From Pelagomonas calceolata (Eukaryota): a stretch of 64,000 nt of DNA. The position numbers and the translations under genes are program-made. The notes beneath the pieces were generated by a model. It saw only the letters and a program-made list of their open reading frames with translations, was not told the DNA's origin and searched no databases. This document shows, piece after piece, positions 28,201 through 39,137 of this stretch (its first letter is position 1; every line of letters begins with the position of its first letter). The stretch spans positions 2,790,001 through 2,854,000 of the forward strand of contig CAKKNE010000001.1 of assembly GCA_918797485.1 (NCBI GenBank). The letters are read 5' to 3'.

Positions 28201-31200
28201 GCTATCCTGAGAATTATTGCGAGGGACCTCCGTGAACCTCCACGCCATCCGAGCAGACACAGTGGCGGGATACCATCGCGCGAGGTGCTTAAATTTGGTT
28301 TTCACACAGGACGCAACGATATAAACCCCCTCGATTCGCGGATATACCGTCCAGTTACTAATTTGAACTGTGTATGACAGTTCTTTGGCTGCACTACTCG
28401 CGGACTCATCACGTGTGAACTCCAGCTCAGTAGGGAACTCAGGGCTCTTTGGCCCGAGTTGCCTCCAAGTCAGAATGAGGGTCCCAGAGAGCAACTGGTG
28501 CTCATACTCCCCGCCGTGATCTAGCAGCTCGGTCGGCATCAATGCAATACGTCCTAGGCAGCATGCTCTTGCAGCCGATGTAGTAGCACACCACACCTCG
28601 ACGGACAGCCCGTATGGTGGCCCCGACGCAACAGAGGGTATCTGGACGCACGCAGCAGATCCACCACGACTCCACGTTGGGCTGAGAGTAGACCATTGTG
28701 CAGGAGTTCGATGGACTTCACTATCATTGCAACGCACGACAACGAAAGGATGGCCAATCCCGACGCTATTTGGATCGAGACTGGTGGCACGTAGAATGCA
28801 TAGATTTGAGCAAACAAGGGTCTTGTCAGCGATTGGTGCACGCTTTATCATTGCTGTGTGTACCCCGAGGCGTGCAGAACCGTCCAACAGTATGGATTCT
28901 GAGCTGAGTATAGCGGCACTCATGTCGCCAATGTGTAGCTTATACAGGGGCTCAGGAATGAAGGTGAGTTGAGACCTTACCCATCTCAACTCAACTTCCA
29001 ACTCTCCGCTTACCACTGGATATGATTCCGAGGCCTGATATAACTTTCGCCAGGATCGAAAAGGCCGTCGATGACCCAGTTCAGTCAAGAGGTCTACCTG
29101 CGTTCAAATCGAATTTCAGGCGCCCCATTTTACCATCACGCGACATGTCTCTGTAACTGCGTCTCCAGACCGGAGGCCTCCAACCAAAGAGCCTGGGTCT
29201 AGAAAGATCGATCCGGACCGAGTGGTTGGGTAACCCTCCGACGTGACCGGGCCTGGTACCAGTGGCCCGACTGGAGACCCCACTGGTTTAGTAACCCAAC
29301 TCACTGGTTGATTTCCACACATATGTCCACTCTAGAAGAGCCAATTAACTGACAGTTTGCCCTATCTCCTCCTCCTGTAGGTCGTGAGCTTGTGCCTGCG
29401 CGCGGAACCCCCGTTCGCATCGTCCACCGTCGCCGCATCGCTCTTCTCCAGCTCCCGTTGCTGCTGCGGCGCGGCGGCGCGACGGCGTCCGCCGGATCGT
29501 CCGGGTGAGCAGGCCTCCGCCCAGGCCGGGGGACTCGAACGGGCTCGCGACCTCCGCCAGGGGTGTCGCCTAGGCACCGTCCTCGCGTCGCGCATCCGCC
29601 CACGCCGATGGGCTCAACAGGCTCGACGGGCTCTCGCGCCGCGCGTCCCCGGCCGAGGGGCTGGGTAGCACAGCAGTAGTCACGACGTCGTCGTCGCGTA
29701 TCGTTGACGACGACGGCGCGCCGCCGGCCAAGATCAGACTCCTCTGCCGCCCCCCACGCCATCCCGTGGCCCGCCAGTCCAAGTTAAAGTTCGACAGGAC
29801 GCCGAGTCAGCGCTGCATCTGGGACAGTGGATGACATCTAGAGTCAGTTGCCTGTCGTGTGCGTTTGTAATCGCTTCGTTTATGTTTCCTATGCTCACAG
29901 GCAGCACAAAGGTCTCGTGCCAAGACGGCGACCTGTGTGGAAATCAAGCAGTGCGTCGGGTGTAACCCACACCGCCACGCCATCGAGCAGGCGTCGCGTC
30001 GATGGCGTCAAGGTTATGATTCAGCCTTTTGCGAGAAACCCGCGAAATTTGATTTCTACACAGACGGCAACTGCGCTCGGGGTAGGACGGTCGATGCCAT
30101 TCGCCGACCACGCCATTTGATTAGGACGTAGGGTTTGCAGGCGCGCTGATCGCTAGACCCTTTTGGCAACGAGTTCCGAGGTCTTAACGCACGGGCTTGG
30201 GCAATAGCAACGTAAAGCATGTTTGGGGCACCAGCGCTCTCGCCGTCCTCCAGATCGAAGAATCCATGCACCGGGTTGCAACCCCACTCCAACACCACCT
30301 CTACTTCCCCGGAAATATCAGTAGCATTGACAGGAACACGGCCTCCATCCGCCTGTGTGGAAATCAGTCAGTGAGTTGGGTTACGCCATCGAGCAGATGC
30401 AGTTCTGGGGACAACGCCGTGGGGCGCCTGAAGTTTGATTTCCACACAGGCATCCACCCCGCGCCCGAGACGCGCACGGTCTGGTCGCCGGGTAAGGCTC
30501 AGCCATTGCTGAAGTGGCTGGACATTTCTGGATGATCGTCTGGCAGCCAGAGATTGAAGTTTGAGTTCGGCGCCATAGTCGAGCTTTGGCGCCACTGCAA
30601 CCTCTAACCCCCCCGAGGAGATGTCGCATGCATGAAAAGGAACTGCGCAGGCTTCGTTCCAAACAGGGCACGAGGTTCTAAACCGCTCGGTGAACCAAAC
30701 TTTGGTACCAAAGCGCAGTCTAACGAACGGATCGTCTGGTATTATCGTGGTATCAGGTAGATGTCCAGGTTGGTCTAACCCGCGAGCTCTTACTAGCGTG
30801 ATTCGAAGCTCGTTTGGTGTGGCATCGGAGCCTGACTCTGAAAGAGATAATCGTGAAAGAATGGGATTGTGTGTCCACCGCGCCGTTAGCTCGACCTCGC
30901 CGCACAAGCTAGTTCTCCCGTAGCTGCACGCGTTGCTTGGCCCTGTTGTGCTCGACAAGGGAAACCAGCTGTGTAGTCTCGACTTGCTTTGAAGTGACGA
31001 CACCGGGACTACTATGTGGCCCAAGACATCATTATTTGACAAAGCATCCCAATCCTCTATGGTGATATGTAGCATTGCACTTTGCCCATTTTGGTATACT
31101 TCGCCGTGCTGAATTTCAAAAGAGAAAGCTGCGTTCCAAATGGGGTTCAAGCACCTTCTCACCACAGTGGTCTCTGTAACATCCATAACGCCTCCACCAG

Positions 31201-34200
31201 CAGAAAGAATCGTGACCCTCGCTACTGGGTCGCTTGTTGAAGCCTCTAGCACGCCCCGATCCGCGGCTGGCAGTCCTCGAGCTCGAAGCAGCGCAACATG
31301 TAGCTCATTAGGTGCAGCGTCGTCGTGCGCGCACCTGCTTTCAGATCTAGCTCAGAACAAACAAGTAATGGCATTGGACACCGTCCTGCACGGTAGATCA
31401 AAGAATGCAAGCGTGGGGTTGTGAGTCCACCTCGCCGCCACTTGCAGGGTACCATACGGTCCGGGATTCGCTGGTTCCGCTGTCAAGACCTGCGCGCGCG
31501 GGAGTCAGTGGGAGTCATTGCGCACACATTCGCACCTTGCATGCACGAGACCCGGAGCCAAGGTTCCCCCCAAGCTGTAGCCAAAATCTATAGGCCAGCC
31601 CCACACCAAAACCAGGAAGTGCATTCTCACTTAGCTCGATAAAACTGCGCCCCATCACTCGCTCGCTTGAGATTTTGTGGCTGCCCTGAACAACTAGTTC
31701 CAAGCCAAGTGGCTTGAAATCAACGTCCGATGCGGGGAGAATAAATTGCTCACCCAGCTCCTGCTCCAATTCCGCAACATCAATAGACTTGTAGCTATAT
31801 TCTTGCTCACCTACTCCATTCATTGAACGAATGCCCACCTTTGCATTTTTTGCGACCATATGCGCAGACACAATGCCCGGGCGTGCCATGGACCTCGACA
31901 GTGGTGCCGCCCCCAAGAGCGATCGAATTTGCAGACCGGATACTTTATCATCGTGAGGATGCGATCGCCCCAGGACGCGAAGGCCTCGCGTCCTGAGCAA
32001 GATGAGGCGAAGCTCGTTTCGATCGCGAGGGTCTTTTTTATCGCAGCGGTTGTCGTCAAAAGCGCCAACTAAAAATTGAGCACCATCCATGGTACTCGGC
32101 GTAATGCTGTCCGTTGCATCCTGTTCGAGGGGTGAAGAACATAGCTCGTCGTCATTTAGGTGATTCATCGATGCAAATGTAATGTGCCCGATACGAAACG
32201 CCGACGACGACACGCTATTATTTTGGAAACATCTGATCTCTGTGATTGCAGAGTCATCCTCTGCAATAATTTCAAGCTCGAAAGAAATAACTCCACATGG
32301 TGCACCTAGAGCTTGTCGAAGCTGCACGCATACTGGTTCAGAAGGCGACGTCCTCACAATAGCTCGATGGCTGCAATGTAGCATGCAGCGTGCTGGCGTA
32401 AGGTGAAGCTTGGCATGCCCCACCAGGCTGTCCGGTGATCCATTGGCGCGACTCCAGATCTGCATTTGAAGAAACTTCCCCATGAGCACGTCAAAGCTTG
32501 TGTGAAAGACCAGCGCCTCGTTTGGCCAGTCACAGGTAGCACAAGAAACTGACTTGATGGAAGTTCGACGAAAAATGCGACCCACTTGCGTCGTACAGTA
32601 GAGCCTGGTTGGCGGACTCGATGCTCTGCGGAAGCGAAGGGCCCGCAAGCACAATTCAGCTCCCTGCAATTGAATTTGTGGTACTTTGAAAAGATTTGAG
32701 GGACCCGAGGAATCCCGTGCTACTGAAATACCCGCCTTTGTCACCTCGTGGGTCAATTCAGTGCACGTGAGCGTGAGCGAGATGAGACCTTCACCATCAC
32801 TCTCCTGCACCCCGCGACGCAGAAGCGGTAAGGTGAAGCAAATTGGCGCCTCCAGAGAAGTTAAGCATTTAACCGCAGTACTAGCAACAGCAACAAGCAC
32901 CTCGGAAACTGCGTCGGAGTGCCACAGCTCAACGTAGAGGAGGCAATGTTCGAGGACACCCGCAGTTGCGGGCAAGTAAGCATCTGCAGATAAGTGCGTG
33001 TCCGTCGTTCGAGTCTTGCGAAGAGTGGACCCCCCCAGCTTAAAGCAGAGATACGAAACCGCGGCGCCATGATTTCTTTTGTTGAGCTGTTTGCCTGGCC
33101 ACCATGCAATCTGCACATTGTGCACACCTACTGAGAAATATCGATTTCTCTCCAGCCAAGCTGTGAAGCTAATTTTCTTTACCACATTTTTTTTATTTTG
33201 TTCGATCCCAACAGAAGGAAATCTACATTCTGGTCTGCCGGCGTGCATGGCGTTGACAACTTTATCAAGTATACATGAAGCCTTGCCGACTGTAGTATCT
33301 GGTCGCTGCATATTTTTGTTACAGACTTCTATTTGGAGAGATGTGTCCAGCAACTCCACATCAGAGATATTTACTGTTACCGCGGCTTTCCGCAGTGCAC
33401 TGCTCTCACCTGCGTTTTGCCATTCTGCGTCAAGAGCTAAGGCAGTATCGGCAAAATTATTCGTGCCGTTTGAATCTAGGACATGGGAAGGCCAGGCGTG
33501 TGCTACACGACGAGCATGTTGAGCTTCATGACTGCTGTGCACATCGTCGACGATACCAATATTTTTTGGGGTCAGTATTGAAGTATCACCCGGAGACTTA
33601 CTGTAGCTGTTTACAGGGAAGGAACGTCCAGAGGCGCACGTGACACGATGTCCTAGACCAACTGCAAAGCTAACAAATGCCCTGGTGGGACGACCGTCTT
33701 TCTCAAGAGAAAGGGTCACGTCACATTCTGAGAGAGGACGCCCCCTCGGATGTTTTCGCCGTTCCATCAGAAGACCCCGCAGTGAATAGTCTGCAGAGCC
33801 AACTTTCTTGGGAACTTGAATTCCATGTGACACGGAAATTCGAAGAACAGCATCCTCAAGGATGCCAGATAAAGTCGAAGGAATGGATAGGGTGAGAGGT
33901 TTGTGATGCGGCCAGTTCACGGTTCCCTCCATATCGCCATATGTCAGAGATTGAAAACGTGTTTGCCTCAAGAGAGTCTTAGCCTGCATAGCCTCCAAGC
34001 ACACATTTAAAGTGCGATGTGATCTGTGCGGTCGATTCTGGTGTGACCCTGCGGCCGCCTGTGCGGACATCGACGAGTGAACTTGGGTCGAACCCAAGAG
34101 ATCTTACAGCCACCACGCCACTGAACCGGCACACGGTGTGCAGCATCGGGTTGATGGTGCGGGGACTGTTGAAGCTTTCTGACGCGGATGGCACCGTCTC

Positions 34201-37200
34201 GGCCTCGTGCTTCTCGGCTGCGCGCCGCTCGGCCGCCGCAATTCCACTTAATTTTAGTGAGGAAACATTCAACTCAATAGTCTCCTCTGCCACTCTGCTC
34301 AAGCGAAACTTTACGAAGGCATTGTTTAAAGTGTCTTCGCGTCGCCGGCGCAGGGGGAGCGTACAATAGGATGCAAGTGAAGAGTTTGCCATCGGGCTCT
34401 CCAGGATTGCTTGTCCAAGAAATAAGTCGAGGTGCGCCTGAGACTCATGCATGTCACCTTTGGCAGAGTAGATATCAAGAGTAACACCAATTTTGTGTTT
34501 AGTGGGCACATAGCGATCGAGAGCCCGCCTGTTGGCTGGGGTAAGGCGAAAAATGTACGGCTGCCCACCGAAGCAGAGTTGCCCCCCCTGTGGAGGTAGC
34601 CCGCATCGATTGATTAGGTGGGCATTTTGTAGCGAGCTGCAGAATAGTGGATTTAGGGAAGGCCGCACTATTTCCTCCTGGCCAACTTTGCGGCCGTGCC
34701 ATCGCACAACGGCGTATGGCCGAATTAGACTTTTGAATGGACGGGACTTCACCTACGAAAAACAAGTCCATAGGTCGAGAAGACGGTACGATGTGAACCC
34801 ACCAAGTCACTTTTGCAGCCAGTCATGTCCAAGTCCAATATGGAAAGTTGCAGTCTCGTGACGTCTGTGCACTCAGGCGACCCCGCGCTGTAGTGAACAT
34901 CAAACACTTCAACAAACATAACGACACGACCTGGAACGAGGCGGGCCACCCGGTCTAACCTGGAACTCGCCGAAAGTGGTTTGGGGGGCTCAACAAAGTT
35001 CAGCTCGACGCGACCGGTATTATTAGTGAGCTCATGGCTATTTACAGAGCAGACGCCAAAACAAGTCTTTCTAGCGGTATCTATGCTCGAGCTCGAGAAA
35101 GACGTACCCAAAATTTCGAGCTTGAGGACTGGAGCGACGAGCCCGTGGGCAGGCAAGTTCAATCGCACAGTGGGACTTGAAGCACAAATACATGCTTCAC
35201 AAGCAGGTTCGGACGCGGCGAACCAAGTGGTGGCTACCCTCTCCCCCCATGTGACCCGACACTCGAGTGAAGCGACGTCTACTTCTGGGAGTAAGCCTGT
35301 AAGCCGTTCCAGGGATATTTCAATTCGCGGTTGTGGTACACTACAAAGGGCAGCTGTAATCATGGTACCCACATACGACTTGACTACCTGCAGCCTTTGT
35401 CGCCAGTGTGGCGTCTCAAGGCGGCGTGCAGTCAATTGCATGCGAAGGTAGCCCAGCGACGAAGCGGAAGTTCGCGAATTTTCGGTGCACACACTGGACT
35501 TCACAAAGACCGATACATTCCTCCTAGCTTGGATACAATCCAGGAAGCGTTCATTTAGAATAGCAACGCCACAGGGCCGCCCCCCCACGCTGCGGGAAAG
35601 TTCGATTTGCAAAAGAAACTTGTTCTGGTCGTAGCAATCGCCACCACCACCGCTAATGGAGGAAGCACTATCGCCGGTTAGGATGAAGTGTCCGACGGCA
35701 CAGGGGAGACCTTTGTTTCGCATCATGACAGAACGAGAATGACGGTCACGCATGGGGACCTGCAAGTACCCGGCGACACAGCCGTTCCACGTGAGGCGAG
35801 TCCATGCTCCTCTTTGTCGGCAAGAAGTTGTCCACGCTCCAAGGCCTTTGCTTTGGGCCTGGTACCGAGAAACGGTACATCCAATGTGAACAGAAGCCCT
35901 AGGAGTGATGTGAATCAAATCCTCCAGGAGATCAAGAAGTACATTTGATGCGATATTTTGAGCTTCTGCCCTCCTCAGCGTATGGATTGACAGAAGCACG
36001 GTGATGCTTGCGTGACGGTACCCACCTTGGTGTCCTGCCGTCACAGTGAAAGTTGCACGTGCGCCAAGGGAGCTAAGGAACGCATCAGGTGAGATTGTTG
36101 TTGCGTGGCTCAGCCAACGACGCTTGCACAACGTTCTTTTATGAAGAATGAATCGGAGAAGCGATTTCTTTGCACGGGGACCAAAGTATTTGGGTTTACG
36201 AGAGGTATCACAAGTCAAGATGACGAAATGATGCCACTCAGGTGAGTCCAAACCCACGCGCATCAGATAGGGCGATCCGGATGGCTGTCGGGTGTTTCCG
36301 CACCAATGCACAGTCACAGAAGAGCAAGACTCCACAGGCATGGGACTAGAAGCTGAAGATACAGTCACAAGCTGAAGCAAAAATTGACCTGGATACTGAA
36401 CCTCGCAACCAGCCGAAAGAAACTTCCCGCTTGCCGAAGCTGATGCTGACCATCGTGGTTGAATTAAGGCCGTGTTGGTTACTATCTGTGTCGCCAGTAG
36501 CTGAGCTGAACTGAGGCCCGCACGCTGTAGAAAACGATGATGAGGGAGCGTGCCTCGCAGTATGGCAGGCGTGCTCAAGACCACCAAATCGGAGGCTGCG
36601 ACCCTCGACAATGTCTCGGTGGAGGGCTTAGCCCGTCGTCCCAGATGAGTGGCCGTCCGCAGGACTTCCATATTCCGATTGACACTCGTGAACGGAAGAA
36701 GTATTCTCACACGATTTAGCAACAACGTCAAGAGCTGCCTATTCGTTGCGCGCCACGCGTGGCACTCCTCCAGAAAGCGGCGGACCCACCGCTGGATTCT
36801 TTCAGCCGCGGCGTGCTGTGCTCTCGTACCTTTGATCCGCAAACGGACCAAATAACAACGCACTTCCGCCTGGATTTTCTTCGCGGCTGCTCGTCGTCCT
36901 ACAAAACCTGTGTTGAAATCAATCAGTGGTCCGCCGACGCCGAGGACGGGAGAATCGTACTCGTCACCCTCCAGGCCATCGAGCAGACGCACTTCCAGAC
37001 AAGTCGCGTCAATGACGTGAGGACTGACGTGTCAATTGTCCACGCGTCTGCTGCCTTTGCGCGGGCCTAGTCGAACTCAGATTTGACTTCCGCACAGCAC
37101 CAAGCGTTGGATCGTCCTACAAGAGTTGATGATTGAAGATTGATGATATCGTGCAGCTTGCAGGTGCCTCCGTCTTTCTGACTTTCCCCTTCTAGCTTTG

Positions 37201-38384
37201 CACCTCGAAACCCACCCCCGGCCCAGACGTGTAATCTGTCCGGCGACGGCATCATGTAGTAAGCGAAATGCTACTTCATTGCCCAAGGCATGCGGCTCCC
37301 CAGCAAGCCTCCAGCATTCTCGACCAACGAGGAAGACCGGTACACGAGATAAAAGATCATCACAAAGACACACAAACCATGATCCTGGCTTTGTTTGTAA
37401 CAATCTGTTCGCTGCTCTACAGAGCCAGACAAGCGTATCCATGCATGCGCGTATCGCACGACGCGACGCGTTGCCGCGGAAGACACTTTGAGCTCTTGTG
37501 GCAAATAAAGTCGCACGTGTGAAGGTCACGTCCCTAATGGCTTGCCACCGCTTTGTAGCTCGCCACGAGAGCCAGAAAGCTTGAATGACTGTCGCAGCTG
37601 TTACATCAGCCTCAAACTGTGCGAGAGTTTGAATTCTGCGACCATCTCGGTGTAGATTGTTGAGGCAGCGCACGTGTAACGCGCAAAGCCCACACAGGCG
37701 TTTTTGCGAACGATGGTCAATATGTGTAGCAGTCCGGTGACACGTGCAACAACACGTGCTGACTACAGTTCTGAATGCTCGAAGTCGCCACCATCTTTGA
37801 ACAGACGCCACTCGGGGGTCTAATCTGCGCTTAAGGTCTAATGGAATCATTGTACCTAGGAATCGCCCGCACGTCCGTAAAGACTCTCGTTGGTGTGACA
37901 TTGCCTTAGTCATGGCTGTCACGCAGTTTGTGCAGAGCAACTGCTGGAGATCAAAAACAAACACCGATGCCCGGCATGTGGCACATCGTGCACAAGTATC
38001 CCTGACTGTTTTCAGTGCATCGATGTCTGCACCATGGCACGATGCTTGCCAACTCACAACCAATCGTTGTATTCGTCCCGCGGCCCGCTGAAAATTTACG
38101 AATTCGCGTTTGGAGGAGATCATTTGACGAGCAAATACCCCGCGCTGAATTCTTTGTATAGCTACCGCGCTTTGACTTTCATAGTGCAATCGCACTATGC
38201 GTTTTGGTCGTCTGCCACTAAAATGTGGTTGAACGAGCTGTCCGGTTGACGTTGATCCCTCATCATCCACATCCGCCGGGCAGTGGCAGTTCGTCGTAGG
38301 TGGCCGTAGTATCGCGGCACGCAGCATGTGTTGCAGTCTTAGGGCAGCAGCGTTTCGCCGTAGCTCCATCACGGCCATCCACAC
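25210..38384 (-). CDS. Giant IQ / Cys-His zinc-finger-like / multi-C2 / PDZ-like protein (~3,800 aa, >=11 introns)
   Basis: ORFs 37077-38384, 34749-36992, 33979-34752, 31515-34097, 30368-31252, 30056-30298, 28162-29088, 26168-28123 and 25210-25950 chain in frame after removing introners and short introns (34753-34802, 31490-31535, 31335-31391); the intron at ~29375-29790 has unresolved borders. IQ motifs (IQRIQRGVFAR, IQAFWLSWRA, AQSVFRGNASR), C2 motifs (SDPVARV..NPIWN, NELRITLVRARGL), PDZ-like repeats (LGISW..LEVKVV, LGAIF..PGWILLSVNG). Confidence 0.75.
25986..26177. mobile_element. Introner element (192 bp); intron ~25986-26184 on -
   Basis: TIRs ctgtgtagaaattaa / ttgatttacgcacag; decayed TSD gtcattgc/gccatac(a); splicing gives GSSCNDIGGDIFVKEVVNGT in frame. 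Confidence 0.85.
28175..28309. mobile_element. Introner element (135 bp); intron 28175-28317 on -
   Basis: TIRs ctgtgggaaatcaa / ttggttttcacacag; TSD gaggcctc/gacgcaac (5/8); splicing gives GVYIEASLGREG..LELMAEPSC in frame. Confidence 0.85.
29098..29322. mobile_element. Introner element (225 bp); intron 29098-29330 on -
   Basis: TIRs ctgcgttcaaatcga / ttgatttccacacat; TSD aggtctac/atgtccac (6/8); splicing gives IGSSRVDLLTELGHRR in frame. Confidence 0.85.
29933..30063. mobile_element. Introner element (131 bp); intron 29933-30071 on -
   Basis: TIRs ctgtgtggaaatcaa / ttgatttctacacag; TSD acggcgac/acggcaac (7/8); splicing restores C2 motif PRAQSPSWHETFVLPV. Confidence 0.92.
30353..30449. mobile_element. 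Introner element (97 bp); intron 30353-30457 on -
   Basis: TIRs ctgtgtggaaatca / tgatttccacacag (perfect 14 bp); TSD ccatccgc/gcatccac (6/8); splicing gives GADGGRVPVNATDISGEVEVVLEWGCNP. Confidence 0.92.
34059..34231. mobile_element. Degenerate introner element; predicted GC-AG intron 34059-34239 on -
   Basis: Acceptor-side end ctgtgcggacatcgacgagtga resembles ctgtgtggaaatcaaccagtga; TSD gcggccgc/gccgccgc (7/8); donor-side TIR not recognisable; removing 181 bp joins the two ORFs in frame (LKLSGI|AAAGSHQ). Confidence 0.6.
36908..37097. mobile_element. Introner element (190 bp); GC-AG intron 36908-37105 on -
   Basis: TIRs ctgtgttgaaatcaa / ttgacttccgcacag; TSD tacaaaac/caccaagc (5/8); internal gccatcgagcag motif; splicing gives IQRFVGRRAAAKKIQAEVR. 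Confidence 0.85.
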
Positions 38385-38484
38385 GCTGGGCGCGATTAAA
38401 GTACAATATCACAACCAGGACCAGCAGGCATAACCACAAGCCATGCCAGCTTGTAATTATAAGGCCTGCATACCGCCTACCGTA

Positions 38485-38717
38485 GTAGAGAGAGAAACCT
38501 ACTAGCCCTTCCTACCCTAGATATGTATCTCCCACTCTCTAAATTTGAGTCTATACAGCGAGTGTCTATTGCACTACGTTGTAACAACAATTTACTATAA
38601 AACACTCTCGTAGTTAGGTTGGCCCAGCCTTTGGCTGGTGAGCTAGGACCCTGCTACCTCAGGCTTACATAATGCTGCAACATAGTACTCTTGCTAGGCC
38701 CGGGTTATGGGCCCACA
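38485..38717 (+). mobile_element. LTR/terminal-repeat-like element head, copy 2
   Basis: Direct-orientation match to 11408-11657. Confidence 0.65.
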
Positions 38718-38831
38718 AGGTCTCGCCTATTGACGTAGAGTGTTTTACAGTGAATGCCTAGAAAAGAAAAAGACAAATCACCTAAATAGAAAAGAAAAGA
38801 CAAATCACCCAAAAAGAGAGAAGATCCAGCG

Positions 38832-39137
38832 ATGGATGAAGCTGAAATAAACCGGCGGCTTCTGCAAAACGCGCTCGATCAAGCAAACGCTAAAGCTGAA
38901 CAGAAACTCGAAGAGCGACTCAAAGCACTGGAGGCAGAGCTCACCAAGAAATACCAGGATGAAAGGATTGAATTGCAAGACGCCGCGTTTGAACAATCAA
39001 GAGGTGAGAAGCCATCAACAAAGGAGACGTACGTCTTCAAGGAAGCAATGTTTGATGCTGTCAAGGCTGCCAATCACAGTAGCTACGTTGATAAAAAAAA
39101 CCAAATACCCAAAAGGTTTTTGGAGTTACTTGCTTGA
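38832..39137 (+). CDS. Short coiled-coil ORF, probably element-derived
   Basis: 101 aa A-rich ORF right after repeat copy 2 (LLQNALDQANAKAEQKLEERLKALEAEL). Confidence 0.3.
   Translation: MDEAEINRRLLQNALDQANAKAEQKLEERLKALEAELTKKYQDERIELQDAAFEQSRGEKPSTKETYVFKEAMFDAVKAANHSSYVDKKNQIPKRFLELLA

Noticed and set aside
36525..36662. ctgtagaaaa...gtccgcag as a ninth introner
   Set aside because: TIR similarity is too weak, no TSD, and the reading frame is uninterrupted.
24826..38400. The two giant C2 genes as halves of one gene broken by an inversion
   Set aside because: No breakpoint repeats at ~24.9 kb and ~38.4 kb, and each has a plausible start and stop; cannot be fully excluded without reads.
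11407..38717. One 27-kb LTR element bounded by the two direct repeats
   Set aside because: The interval holds host genes with no pol, no matching TSD was seen, and each repeat has its own downstream ORF.
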